A stretch of 64,000 bases of DNA from an uncultured Lachnospiraceae bacterium (GTDB taxonomy: Bacteria > Bacillota > Clostridia > Lachnospirales > Lachnospiraceae), in NCBI GenBank assembly GCA_902796005.1, contig CADBNF010000023.1:7731-71730 (forward strand), in the 5' to 3' direction. The notes under the pieces are model-generated. The model had not been told where the DNA came from and did not search any database. It was given only the letters and a program-made list of their open reading frames with translations. Below are positions 53,758 through 63,017 of the stretch, piece after piece. Numbering within the stretch: position 1 is the first letter of the stretch; each line of letters opens with the position of its first letter. The position numbers and the translations under genes are program-made.

Positions 53758-56700
53758 TCAGTCATTTCCTTCCGGGTAGAGGGTTATCCGTTCCCCGGTA
53801 TACAGAACCGTTCCGCCGCCCAGAGACCGAAGCTGCGGTCTGAAGGACAGCTCGGGACGGCCGTCACCCTTGTATTCGTAATCGCAGATGGCGGTATTTC
53901 TCCGGGTGTGGGCGCCGACTTCATCCTCCTGCACATAGACGTGGTCCGGATGGCCGGCATCACCGTTGAGCTCCACGTCCACGATGTGGAATTCCACATT
54001 TTCATCGCTGTCATTGACCAGGACGAGGTTCCAGAAATAGGCGGTATCGCCGTAGTCATTGCCCCAGGAGGAAATATCCCTGCTGCTCTGCCCTGCATTG
54101 TACACCTTAAATTCGCCGTTATCCAGTAGCAAATCGCCGAAAGTGTCCTGATTTTCCGCATTTCCTTTCTCCGAAAGCGTCAGGGGATACCAGCTGCCGC
54201 CGGAAAGGGTAACGGTACCGGTGAGCTCCTCCTCGGAGGTCAGCAGCAGAAGGGAAATATCCCCGATGGCGCTGATGCCCTCCTCTTCAAGGGTGGAAGC
54301 GATGACATTGAAGAAGACACAGGTGGTCATTTTCGGCGCCAGAGTCAGCCGGGAAGCGGTGAGGGAAACCGAAAAGCCGTTGATGGCAATGCCGTCCATG
54401 CCCACGGGAATGTCCCTGTCGGATTTATTCTCAAAACGCACCAGGCCCGCCAGGTTTTTCCCGGCAGACATGCCCTCCACAAGGCTGCCACAGCCCAGGA
54501 GGGTGATGCGGACGTCCTCCGTATCCGCCAGCACCTGCTCCTCTGCCAGCGCTCCGTAACAGGGCACCATGGTTACAGCGGTATCGCCGGCCGGCATGTT
54601 AAGAGAAATATCCCGGCTGTCCAGGGTTTCGTAGGTGCTCCCGTCCTGAATCTCCAGGGTAAAGCTTACCTCTGACAAAAGCCCTTCGCCAAGGGCCTGC
54701 AGCCCGGTGCAAAGGTCGCCAAACTGGTCGGTGCAGACAATGCTGCCCGGCTTCGACGAAAAGCCGTGATACCCGGCATCGGAAAGGCTGCCGTTGCCTG
54801 TCAGGTTATGCAGGCGGATGTAAAGCTCCTTATCCGTGGTGTTTTCCACATACAGCTTGTTGACGGTGGTCAGGGATTCGGACAGGAGGGTCCGGATAAG
54901 GGAAATCCTTACCCCGTCGCTGTTGTAGATTTCCCTGCCCCTGTCAAAGGAAATCCTGCCGGTAAGGTTCTCCGGAACCTGCGCTTTCTTCACCAGCACC
55001 GTATTCTCCGGCGCAAGGGCAATGTCCGCCCAGCCCTCGTACAGGGGCGAATAGCCCTCGGATACCACCAGCTGGACCGCGCAGTTTTCTATCGTTCCGC
55101 CGGAAATCTCCTCCAGATCCGAACGGTAGAAGCTCTGGACAAAGACGGTGCGGCAGCCCGCGGGCAGGAGGCGGGTATTGGTCACGCTCTTCTCCCCGCT
55201 GTTGAACCGGAAGCCGGTGATGCCTGCGGTCAGGTCCTTATCCGTGGTATTTTCCGCGGAAATCACGGCATAGAGCCTGGCATTGTTGTCTTCCCTGCCC
55301 CTGCTGTTTTCCCCTGCCGGGTACCCCAGCCACTCCAGGGCAAATTCCACGCCGGCCTCTTTTCCCAGGGACTGGGCGTCAGCCACCGCCCCGCAAAGGG
55401 AGTAGATTTCAGCGGAGAATAATGCTTTTTCATCAAAGGAAACCCGGGCTTTAGAGAGCTTTATCATTTTCCCGCAGGTCTCGTCATTGCGGATAAAGAA
55501 ACGGAATTCCAGGGTGTCCGGTATGCTTTTGCCCAGATAGGTGCAAAGCGCCGACGCTTCAAGCCAGGTGTATTCCCGCACGGAGTTGGGATCCGCCTGG
55601 CAGTAGGCCGCATCGTCTCCCACCAGCTGTCCGTCCAGCACCAGGTCATCCGCCTGCAGCTGTACGGGAAAGTCATTGTCATTGGTAAGCCGCAGCATGT
55701 ACCGGGCATTTTCTTTCAGCGGGTCACCGCTCAGGCACAGCTCCAGTTTAATCCCCTGCTCCTCCAGGATGGTGGCTGCAGACGCCCCGGCTTTCATTTC
55801 CGTCTTATATTCCGGATACACCCGTTCCGTCTTCGGGGCCTCCTTCAGGGTGATGGGCAGAAGCTCGGAGGAATAGCGGCTGTCCTGTACGTCGCTGACC
55901 TCGAACATGATAAAATACTCATACCCGTCGTCGTAGATTTCTTCATAGGAGAAGGAAATGCCGTCAGCGGCAAACATCTCGGTGCCGGTGATCCAGTCAC
56001 CTGTCGGCCAGTCGAAAAACGGAAGCAGAAGTCCGTTCTCGTCCCGGGTAAGGTAGCTGGCCCGTACGTCCATAAAGGAAATCTTCCGCCAGTTCTCCAG
56101 GGTTATCTCCTGCCGCTTTCCGGTGGACAGGCCGTCCCCCTCTTCTACGGTATACATGCCCTTGACGGTCAGTTCCTCCGTCTCCGGCTCCAGGGAAAGC
56201 TGAATCTCGGAAAACTGCAGCGTCTCCCGGTCGAAGCTTTCCAGATGGGGGAACAGGGAGTAATTGATGACCCCCTCGTGGGAATCCGTATGTTTGACCA
56301 CGGGTATGGTCTTGATGCCGTCCCCGTCGCTCACATAGATGACCTTTCCGGGGAAATTTGCTGTAAGTGTGCCGTCTTCATTGGTCACGTCGGCACTGAC
56401 GAAGACAGGGGTATAGAGCTGATCCCCGGTCCGCCGCAGCACATAGTACCTGGCGGAGGCGAAATGCTCCTGCTGCTCTTCAGTAAGCTGAAGGGTATAG
56501 CTGCCGCTTCCCGAAAGGGAGGGCACCATGGAATCGGAGAAATACACCTGCATGTCCGTCCCCAGCCACACCTTCTCATAACGGGAAAGGTAGCTGCGGT
56601 AATCGGGAAAGAGATCGAGGGCCTGGTAGTCCGCGCTCCAGGACCGGCTGTAATAGGCTTTATTATAATAAGGATAGTACAGAGATACACCGCAGCTGTT

Positions 56701-57819
56701 CTCCGTATTGGACCGGCTGTTCACCACCATGTCCTTTAAAAGATCAAGCACCGCTTTGGTTTCTTCGCCGTAGTTCTCCGACATTTCCTCCATCAGGCTT
56801 TCCATGTCCACCAGGTCATATTCGGAGCCTGTGGAAGCCCGGCCGAAGGCCCTGGTCTTCACCCGTTCCACCGCCAGGGCGGGATAATCGCCGCTGACGT
56901 TGTTCTCGGCCCTGGCAAACACCCCGTCTATGGCCTTTGCCAGTTCTTTCGCATAGGAAAGGTCCACCGCCGCCAGGGTGACGTCACTGCTGAAGAAGGT
57001 TTTCTCCGAGAAGTAGGCGTCGCAGTATTCCATGTACCGGTCCGGAATGGTGGATACCAGGCAGCGCGCGTCGAGATACCCGGCATTTTCCAGGAAGGCA
57101 TAGTTCCAGCCGAAGCCGGGCTCCGTCTCCTGGGAGGCCACCAGATACTCCCCGTAATCCGCCACGGTGCAGATAAGCTCTGCCGAGGACATCAGGCAGG
57201 CGTCAAAGCCGATGAACATCAGCTTATTCTCCGGACCGAAGGGGGAAGCCGCCAGGGCCTCCTTTATCTCCGGCAGGGTCAGGGAATCGTTGTTGTATTT
57301 CTTGTCCAGCCCATAGCCCATGAGGGGACCGTTTCCGTGATCCCAGAGGATGAGTGCATACTTATCTGCCGGGAAATGCTCCTGTCCGTACTGCAGGAAG
57401 CGGGTCAGGGACGCCGCCTCGCCCATGGATGACAGGGGATAGCTTTCCTGCAGGGCAAAGCCCTCCTCCGTCAGCAGGAAAAGGGCGTTCTCGTCCTCCG
57501 GAACGTCACTGTGCCACTTTGCTGAGCCGCCGGTATACAATACCAGGTTAAGGCCCTCAAGGTTTGCGCCTGCGGACGCCATTTCTTCCATATCATTCGT
57601 GGCGGAGGCCGAGCCGGACTCCAGGTCCGAACCGATCATATACACCATCAGGGTCAGGGTATAGTCCGGGGCAGACCGGTCCTTCGTCTCCTTTTCCGAC
57701 GATGCCTGCACAATTGCGGAGGAGCTTTCCGAGACCTCCCCCTTCTTTTTCCCGCAGCCGCTTCCGACAAGCAGCAGTAGCGCCGCCAGCAGGAAGAACA
57801 GAACCGTTTTTTTCTTCAT
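53758..57819 (-). CDS. Giant lipoprotein with an N-terminal clostripain-like (C11) cysteine peptidase domain and five C-terminal repeat modules
   Basis: 1353 aa. Signal peptide plus Cys22 (LLLLVGSGC). C11-type His/Cys dyad contexts YALILWDHGNG (His161, nt ~57337..57339) and MFIGFDACLMSS (Cys208, nt ~57196..57198). The remaining ~900 aa are unassigned. Confidence 0.75.
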   Translation of the reverse strand: MKKKTVLFFLLAALLLLVGSGCGKKKGEVSESSSAIVQASSEKETKDRSAPDYTLTLMVYMIGSDLESGSASATNDMEEMASAGANLEGLNLVLYTGGSAKWHSDVPEDENALFLLTEEGFALQESYPLSSMGEAASLTRFLQYGQEHFPADKYALILWDHGNGPLMGYGLDKKYNNDSLTLPEIKEALAASPFGPENKLMFIGFDACLMSSAELICTVADYGEYLVASQETEPGFGWNYAFLENAGYLDARCLVSTIPDRYMEYCDAYFSEKTFFSSDVTLAAVDLSYAKELAKAIDGVFARAENNVSGDYPALAVERVKTRAFGRASTGSEYDLVDMESLMEEMSENYGEETKAVLDLLKDMVVNSRSNTENSCGVSLYYPYYNKAYYSRSWSADYQALDLFPDYRSYLSRYEKVWLGTDMQVYFSDSMVPSLSGSGSYTLQLTEEQQEHFASARYYVLRRTGDQLYTPVFVSADVTNEDGTLTANFPGKVIYVSDGDGIKTIPVVKHTDSHEGVINYSLFPHLESFDRETLQFSEIQLSLEPETEELTVKGMYTVEEGDGLSTGKRQEITLENWRKISFMDVRASYLTRDENGLLLPFFDWPTGDWITGTEMFAADGISFSYEEIYDDGYEYFIMFEVSDVQDSRYSSELLPITLKEAPKTERVYPEYKTEMKAGASAATILEEQGIKLELCLSGDPLKENARYMLRLTNDNDFPVQLQADDLVLDGQLVGDDAAYCQADPNSVREYTWLEASALCTYLGKSIPDTLEFRFFIRNDETCGKMIKLSKARVSFDEKALFSAEIYSLCGAVADAQSLGKEAGVEFALEWLGYPAGENSRGREDNNARLYAVISAENTTDKDLTAGITGFRFNSGEKSVTNTRLLPAGCRTVFVQSFYRSDLEEISGGTIENCAVQLVVSEGYSPLYEGWADIALAPENTVLVKKAQVPENLTGRISFDRGREIYNSDGVRISLIRTLLSESLTTVNKLYVENTTDKELYIRLHNLTGNGSLSDAGYHGFSSKPGSIVCTDQFGDLCTGLQALGEGLLSEVSFTLEIQDGSTYETLDSRDISLNMPAGDTAVTMVPCYGALAEEQVLADTEDVRITLLGCGSLVEGMSAGKNLAGLVRFENKSDRDIPVGMDGIAINGFSVSLTASRLTLAPKMTTCVFFNVIASTLEEEGISAIGDISLLLLTSEEELTGTVTLSGGSWYPLTLSEKGNAENQDTFGDLLLDNGEFKVYNAGQSSRDISSWGNDYGDTAYFWNLVLVNDSDENVEFHIVDVELNGDAGHPDHVYVQEDEVGAHTRRNTAICDYEYKGDGRPELSFRPQLRSLGGGTVLYTGERITLYPEGND
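53770..55767 (-). repeat. Five tandem ~120-130-aa protein modules (coding-level repeat) in the C11 lipoprotein
   Basis: Recurrent motif pairs at roughly 120-140-residue intervals (~720/860/995/1135/1275): RLTNDNDFPV..LVLDGQLV; ISAENTTDKDL..FRFNSGEKSV; YVENTTDKELY..HNLTGNGSL; RFENKSDRDIP..IAINGFSV; LVLVNDSDENVEF..VELNGDAG. Confidence 0.55.
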
Positions 57820-57952
57820 TTCTCTATCCTCAATCCGTTAACAGATCCATGTTTCCGATTTATTCTAAAATAACATAAAATCCGGTCCTTTTTCAATAAC
57901 TCCTTCTCCCTGTGCTTACTTCAAATGAGTCTATTTAATTTGGAAAAAGCCC

Positions 57953-57981
57953 TTGACTTTTATATTGTTAAACTTTATAGT
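57953..57981 (+). promoter_or_regulatory. Promoter of the cold-shock protein gene
   Basis: TTGACT (57953..57958), 17-nt spacer, TATAGT (57976..57981), in a strongly AT-rich region. Confidence 0.6.
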
Positions 57982-58001
57982 CATTATATAAATATTTTTT
58001 G

Positions 58002-58094
58002 TGCAGTTTATGTCATTGATTGAAAAGAGTTATATCTTTGTACAAAATGATATAACTCAGATCAATGACTTTTTTTGTCGATACATAAACTGCA
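58002..58094 (+). promoter_or_regulatory. Long nested inverted repeat in the csp 5' UTR (candidate RNA thermosensor / cold-box-like leader)
   Basis: Three nested perfect arms: TGCAGTTTATGT (58002..58013) / ACATAAACTGCA (58083..58094); CATTGAT (58014..58020) / ATCAATG (58061..58067); GAGTTATATC (58027..58036) / GATATAACTC (58049..58058). The apex is the palindrome TTTGTACAAA. The SD GGAGG follows 7 nt after the last arm. Confidence 0.6.
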
Positions 58095-58113
58095 GAACAT
58101 TGGAGGGATTGCA

Positions 58114-58314
58114 ATGAACAAAGGTACTGTTAAATGGTTTAACGCGGAAAAGGGCTATGGCTTCATCACCGGCGAAGACGGAAAGGACGTATTTGTACAC
58201 TTTTCTGCGATTACCGGAGAAGGCTTCAAGACACTTGACGAAGGCCAGGAAGTCACCTATGACCTTACCGAAGGACCCAAGGGTTTACAGGCGGCCAACG
58301 TCGTTAAACTTTAA
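58114..58314 (+). CDS. Cold-shock protein (CspA family)
   Basis: The track ORF starts at 58075, inside the leader. The ATG at 58114 follows [30 protein letters not shown]...DVFVHFSAI (RNP1/RNP2 motifs). 66 aa. Confidence 0.95.
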   Translation: MNKGTVKWFNAEKGYGFITGEDGKDVFVHFSAITGEGFKTLDEGQEVTYDLTEGPKGLQAANVVKL

Positions 58315-58343
58315 TCCGGTTACCTTACCCGCCCACACAGGGG

Positions 58344-58381
58344 AAAAAGAAAGCCCGGCTTTTCTGCCGGGCTTTTCTTTT
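58344..58381. terminator. Bidirectional rho-independent terminator (csp / small membrane protein gene)
   Basis: GAAAGCCCGGC / GCCGGGCTTTC stem (58349..58359 / 58366..58376) with A-run and T-run flanks. Confidence 0.85.
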
Positions 58382-58401
58382 ACCGGAGAACCTCTCCGGC
58401 G

Positions 58402-58635
58402 TCAGTTCAGACTGTAGATATATTCGTCGATGGCTGTGGTATCAATTACCGTGGTGGTGGGCTGGGCATTTACCCGGTTCACAACAACGGAACCGATAAA
58501 CCAGGCCAGGGCAGCGATGATAATCACCAGGAAGATGCCGATCTCCATCCTGCTCTTTCTGGCTTCCTTTACCGAAGCGGTCTTTCTCGCCGCTTTGCTC
58601 TTCTTATATAAATCTACTTTTTCCTGGCTCATCAA
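58402..58635 (-). CDS. Small single-pass membrane protein, unknown function
   Basis: 77 aa. Lys-rich N-terminus, one TM segment (IGIFLVIIIAALAWFIGSVVV), short extracytoplasmic tail. Confidence 0.55.
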   Translation of the reverse strand: MMSQEKVDLYKKSKAARKTASVKEARKSRMEIGIFLVIIIAALAWFIGSVVVNRVNAQPTTTVIDTTAIDEYIYSLN

Positions 58636-58774
58636 ACTCTCCTTTTTGCTCTGGTCAAACCGCGCGTTTTATGGTTTAATGGGAACAGCTTCCCTATTTG
58701 CTGCAACAGCTTATAGCAGTTTACTACATAATCCGGAAAAAAGCAAACATTTCCTTGGGAAAGGATACATAAAT

Positions 58775-59260
58775 ATGAATGCACTGCAGATTGAATCCGT
58801 CCGCGAATTTATGAACAGCCTCCTGCTTTCGGAAAAATTCGACCGGTTCCGGGTGGGCGAAACACGGATTACCACCTTCTGTACCGTCGTCATTGACGGA
58901 AAGCGGGAAAAGGAGTTCTACGATACGGAGGAGGAAATGGCTGCAGATGATGCGCCTTCCGCCCTTCTCTGGAAGGAAATCCGTCCTCTGGTACACAGCC
59001 TTATCCGGGGCAGAAAGCCGCCCCTGCAGCTTGCCGCCTCCCTGTACCTTGCGGGGGAGGACCTGGAAAAGCTGCTCCGCTTCTGGGGCCTTTCGGACCG
59101 GGGAGAAGGCATCTACGGCCTTACCCTGAACATCCGTTTCCTCAAGGGAAGCCTTACCGTGACCTCCGCCGTCAACGGCCTGAACCCGAAGGACCTTTCC
59201 GCCGCAAAGGAAATCGGCGTCCTCTGGGACGGCTATGTAACGGATCATGTTCTGCCCTAG
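58775..59260 (+). CDS. Hypothetical protein (161 aa), family not recognised
   Basis: The track ORF 58430..59260 runs antisense through the neighbouring gene. I use the internal ATG at 58775 (MNALQIESVREFMNSLLL), preceded by GGGAAAGGA. A strong terminator follows. Confidence 0.6.
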   Translation: MNALQIESVREFMNSLLLSEKFDRFRVGETRITTFCTVVIDGKREKEFYDTEEEMAADDAPSALLWKEIRPLVHSLIRGRKPPLQLAASLYLAGEDLEKLLRFWGLSDRGEGIYGLTLNIRFLKGSLTVTSAVNGLNPKDLSAAKEIGVLWDGYVTDHVLP

Positions 59261-59280
59261 CCCCTTTTTACCGAAAGATT

Positions 59281-59322
59281 TGCAGGATTTTTTGCCGGAT
59301 CCTGCATTTTTTTCTTTTTTTT
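59281..59322 (+). terminator. Rho-independent terminator
   Basis: TGCAGGAT / ATCCTGCA stem (59281..59288 / 59299..59306) followed by a long T-rich run. Confidence 0.8.
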
Positions 59323-59333
59323 CAAATTTTCCC

Positions 59334-59362
59334 TTGTCATTCGCCGGGCAAAGTGATAAACT
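59334..59362 (+). promoter_or_regulatory. Putative SigA promoter of gdhA
   Basis: TTGTCA (59334..59339), 17-nt spacer, TGaTAAACT extended -10 (-10 at 59357..59362). Confidence 0.55.
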
Positions 59363-59423
59363 TTCCCTCAAATTTATGCATTTTCAAAAAACAATCCATA
59401 TGCATTACTAAGGAGGATTTATC

Positions 59424-60776
59424 ATGAACGCATATTTAGCCAGCGTCCTTGAGAACGTCAAAACCAAACATGCCGGGGAACCGGAATTTGTTCAGACCGT
59501 AGAGGAAGTCTTCTCTTCCCTTGAGCCGGTTATCGAAAAGCACCCCGAGTATGAGAAATACGATCTGCTGAACCGCATGGTTGAGCCGGACAGAATGTTC
59601 ACCTTCCGCGTTGTCTGGGAAGATGACAACGGCAAATGGCATACCAACAGAGGCTGGAGATGCCAGTTCAACGGCGCCATCGGACCCTACAAGGGCGGTC
59701 TCCGTTTCCAGAAGAACGTATACGAAGGCATCATCAAATTCCTGGGCTTCGAGCAGACCTTCAAGAACTCCCTGACCGGTCTCCCCATCGGCGGCGGCAA
59801 GGGCGGCTCCGATTTCGATCCTGCCGGCAAATCCGATGCAGAGGTTATGCGTTTCTGCCAGGCCTTCATGTCTGCTCTTTACCGTTACATCGGTCCGGAC
59901 GTTGACGTACCCGCCGGTGACATGGGCGTAGGCGGAAGGGAAATCGGTTACCTCTTCGGCCAGTACAGAAGGCTCAAAGGCGTATGGGAGAACGGCGTGC
60001 TTACCGGCAAAGGCCTCTCCTACGGCGGCTCCCTTATCCGTCCGGAAGCAACCGGCTACGGCGCCATCTACTATCTGTGTGAAGTTCTGAAGCACGAGAA
60101 CGACTCCATCGAGGGCAAGCGGATCGCCACCAGCGGTTATGGCAACGTGGCCTGGGGCATCATGAAGAAGGCTGCCGAGCTTGGCGCGAAGGTTACCTAC
60201 TTCTCCGGTCCCGACGGCTATGTACATGATCCCGACGGCGTTATCACCGAAGAAAAGCTGAACTACATCCTGGAGATGCGTGCAACGGATCCCATGCACT
60301 GCAAGCCCTACGCCGATCATTTCGGCTGTGAGTTCGTGGAAGGTGCAAAGCCCTGGGGCGCTACTGATGTGGACATCATCATGCCCGCTGCCACCCAGAA
60401 CGACGTTACCATGGAATCCGCGGAAAAGATTGCCGCTTCCGGCGTGAAGTACTACATCGAAGTAGCCAACATGCCCACCACCAACGATGCGCTGAACTTC
60501 CTGCGCGCCCAGAAGCATATGATCGTTGCCCCCTCCAAGGCTGTTAACGCCGGAGGCGTAGGCGTATCTGCCCTGGAAATGTCCCAGAACTCCGAGCGTC
60601 TGGTATGGACCGCCGAGGAAGTGGATGCCCAACTGAAGAAGATGATGATCAATATTCACAAGGTCAGCGCGGAAGCTGCCGAGCAATACGGCCTTGGTTA
60701 CGACCTGGTTGCCGGCGGCAACATTGCCGGTTTCCTCAAAGTTGCAGAAGCCATGCTGGAGCAGGGTTGTTTTTAA
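59424..60776 (+). CDS. gdhA: NADP-specific glutamate dehydrogenase
   Basis: 450 aa. Classic hexameric GDH blocks ([28 protein letters not shown], Rossmann GYGNVAWG). AAGGAGG SD. Confidence 0.95.
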   Translation: MNAYLASVLENVKTKHAGEPEFVQTVEEVFSSLEPVIEKHPEYEKYDLLNRMVEPDRMFTFRVVWEDDNGKWHTNRGWRCQFNGAIGPYKGGLRFQKNVYEGIIKFLGFEQTFKNSLTGLPIGGGKGGSDFDPAGKSDAEVMRFCQAFMSALYRYIGPDVDVPAGDMGVGGREIGYLFGQYRRLKGVWENGVLTGKGLSYGGSLIRPEATGYGAIYYLCEVLKHENDSIEGKRIATSGYGNVAWGIMKKAAELGAKVTYFSGPDGYVHDPDGVITEEKLNYILEMRATDPMHCKPYADHFGCEFVEGAKPWGATDVDIIMPAATQNDVTMESAEKIAASGVKYYIEVANMPTTNDALNFLRAQKHMIVAPSKAVNAGGVGVSALEMSQNSERLVWTAEEVDAQLKKMMINIHKVSAEAAEQYGLGYDLVAGGNIAGFLKVAEAMLEQGCF

Positions 60777-60790
60777 CATTATCTCTGAAC

Positions 60791-60828
60791 AAAAAACAGG
60801 TTTGCCTTTCGGCAAACCTGTTTTTTTT
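60791..60828. terminator. Bidirectional rho-independent terminator (gdhA / hppA)
   Basis: Perfect 10-bp stem CAGGTTTGCC-tttc-GGCAAACCTG (60797..60820) flanked by A6 and T8 runs. Confidence 0.9.
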
Positions 60829-60848
60829 ATTGTCCGTTTAACGGCTTA

Positions 60849-62831
60849 TCAGAACAGTCCTCCGAAGGCCAGGAACAGCGGTGCAAATACCACGGATACG
60901 ATGGTCATCAGCTTGATGAGGATGTTGATGGAGGGGCCTGAGGTATCCTTGAAGGGATCGCCTACGGTATCACCGATAACGGCTGCTGCATGGGCAGGTG
61001 AGCCCTTGCCGCCGTGATGGCCGTTCTCGATGTACTTCTTCGCATTGTCCCAGGCGCCGCCGGCGTTGGACATGAAGATGGCCATCAGAACACCGGTTAC
61101 CAGCGCACCGGCCAGCAGGCCGCCAAGGGCTGTGGGTCCAAGGATAAGGCCTACCACGATGGGTGCTACAATGGCGATAATGCCGGGAAGCATCATCTCA
61201 TGCAGGGCTGCGGTGGTGGAAATATGTACGCAGGAGGTATAGTCCGGCTTTGCATTTCCTTCCAGGAGTCCCGGAATGCTTCTGAACTGACGTCTTACTT
61301 CCTCGATCATCTTGTTGGCCGCCTTGGATACGGAATCCATGGTCAGAGCGGAGAACAGGAAGGGAAGCATGCCGCCGATGAACAGGCCGACGATAACCTT
61401 GTAGTCAAGGATGTTGATGGCGTCAATCTTAACTGCCTGTGAGTAGGAAACAAACAGGGCCAGAGCAGTCAGGGCTGCGGAGCCGATGGCAAAGCCTTTA
61501 CCCATGGCAGCGGTGGTGTTGCCGACCGCATCGAGGGAGTCGGTGATTTCACGGACTTCATCGGGCAGGTAGCTCATCTCGGCGATACCGCCGGCATTGT
61601 CGGCGATGGGGCCGTAAGCATCTACTGCAACGGTGATGCCGGTGGTGGAAAGCATGCCGACGGCTGCAAGGGCGATACCGAACAGGCCGGCAAACAGATA
61701 GGCAACGATAACGCCTACGGCAATCAGGATGATGGGCACAACGGTGGACATCATACCTACGGACAGGCCGGAAATAACGGTGGTACCGGCACCGGTCTCG
61801 GACTGCTGGGCAATCTTCTTGACATACCTGTAATCACCGGAGGTGTAAATCTCGGTAACGATACCGATGATAACACCGACAACCAGACCGGCGATGATCG
61901 CGGCTGCGGGCTTGAAGGAGCCCAGCATAACCTTGCTCAGAACAATACTTAAAATTACAACAATAACACTTGCTACATAGGTACCGGTCTTCAGCGCCTT
62001 ATGGGGGCTGGACTTCTCGTCACCACGCACGAAGAAGGTGCCGATGATGGCGGAAAGGATACCTGCGGCGGCAATGATCAGCGGAAATACTGCACCGGCT
62101 GCCTTATATGCCACAATACCCAGGGTAAGAGCGGAAACAATTGCGCCTACGTAGGATTCGAAAAGGTCGGCACCCATGCCGGCTACGTCGCCTACATTGT
62201 CGCCTACGTTATCGGCGATAACAGCGGGGTTACGGGGGTCATCCTCGGGAATACCGGCTTCTACCTTACCTACCAGGTCAGCGCCGACGTCGGCAGCCTT
62301 GGTATAGATACCGCCGCCTACACGGGAGAACAGGGCTACGGAAGAAGCACCCAGGGAGAATCCGGAAAGTACGTCTACATTACCGGTGAAAATATAAATC
62401 AGAGAAGCGCCGAGAAGGCCGAAGCCTACTACACACATACCCATAACCGCACCGCCGGAGAAGGCGATGGAAAGGGCCTTGTTCATGCCGTGATCCTTGG
62501 CAGCTGCCGCAGTACGTACATTGGCCTTGGTGGCGGTATTCATGCCGATATAGCCGGCAAGAATGGAGAAAAATGCGCCTACCAGGAAGCAGACGGCGGT
62601 CAGCCAGCTGATGCCGAAACCGATCAGCACGAACAAAATAATGATGAAAATAATCAGAATGCGGTACTCCGCTCTTAAGAATGCTCTTGCGCCCTCATGG
62701 ATGAAGGAAGCGATTTCCTTCATTCTGTCGGTACCCGCATCCTGTTTTCCGACCTTGCGAGTCAGGCCGAAAGCAAAGATAAGGGCAACGACAGCCAGGA
62801 TGGGAGCAAGATAGATGATGTAATTGTCCAT
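60849..62831 (-). CDS. hppA: Membrane-integral pyrophosphate-energised cation pump (M-PPase), K+-dependent subtype by motif
   Basis: 660 aa, polytopic. DNVGDNVGD and [10 protein letters not shown] motifs. GNTTAA (Ala rather than Lys) is the known marker of K+-dependent M-PPases. Confidence 0.93.
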   Translation of the reverse strand: MDNYIIYLAPILAVVALIFAFGLTRKVGKQDAGTDRMKEIASFIHEGARAFLRAEYRILIIFIIILFVLIGFGISWLTAVCFLVGAFFSILAGYIGMNTATKANVRTAAAAKDHGMNKALSIAFSGGAVMGMCVVGFGLLGASLIYIFTGNVDVLSGFSLGASSVALFSRVGGGIYTKAADVGADLVGKVEAGIPEDDPRNPAVIADNVGDNVGDVAGMGADLFESYVGAIVSALTLGIVAYKAAGAVFPLIIAAAGILSAIIGTFFVRGDEKSSPHKALKTGTYVASVIVVILSIVLSKVMLGSFKPAAAIIAGLVVGVIIGIVTEIYTSGDYRYVKKIAQQSETGAGTTVISGLSVGMMSTVVPIILIAVGVIVAYLFAGLFGIALAAVGMLSTTGITVAVDAYGPIADNAGGIAEMSYLPDEVREITDSLDAVGNTTAAMGKGFAIGSAALTALALFVSYSQAVKIDAINILDYKVIVGLFIGGMLPFLFSALTMDSVSKAANKMIEEVRRQFRSIPGLLEGNAKPDYTSCVHISTTAALHEMMLPGIIAIVAPIVVGLILGPTALGGLLAGALVTGVLMAIFMSNAGGAWDNAKKYIENGHHGGKGSPAHAAAVIGDTVGDPFKDTSGPSINILIKLMTIVSVVFAPLFLAFGGLF

Positions 62832-62886
62832 CTCTCTCTTTCCTCTCTTATCCCGAGCATTGCTGCTCTGTTTTTAGCGTCTGTCT

Positions 62887-62915
62887 ATTCTATCACGGCA
62901 ATTATGAAGTTTCAA
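62887..62915 (-). promoter_or_regulatory. Putative SigA promoter of hppA
   Basis: Minus strand: TTGAAA (62910..62915), 17-nt spacer, TGaTAGAAT extended -10 (-10 at 62887..62892). Confidence 0.55.
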
Positions 62916-62966
62916 CATTTTCTTTTCATAATTTCTTAAGTTTTTTCTTCTTATTTATTATAAATA

Positions 62967-63003
62967 ATGCCGGAGATCCGCCTTTTACGCAGGTCTCCGG
63001 CAT
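62967..63003 (-). terminator. Terminator-like hairpin after htpG
   Basis: ATGCCGGAGAT / GTCTCCGGCAT (10 of 11 bp), followed on the minus strand by an AT-rich ATTATTTAT tract. Confidence 0.5.
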
Positions 63004-63017
63004 ATATTCATCTTCTT

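Noticed and set aside
58430-58774. N-terminal 115 codons of track ORF 58430..59260.
   Set aside because: This part runs antisense through the small membrane-protein gene and the intergenic region. An internal ATG at 58775 has an SD, and that start gives a compact protein.
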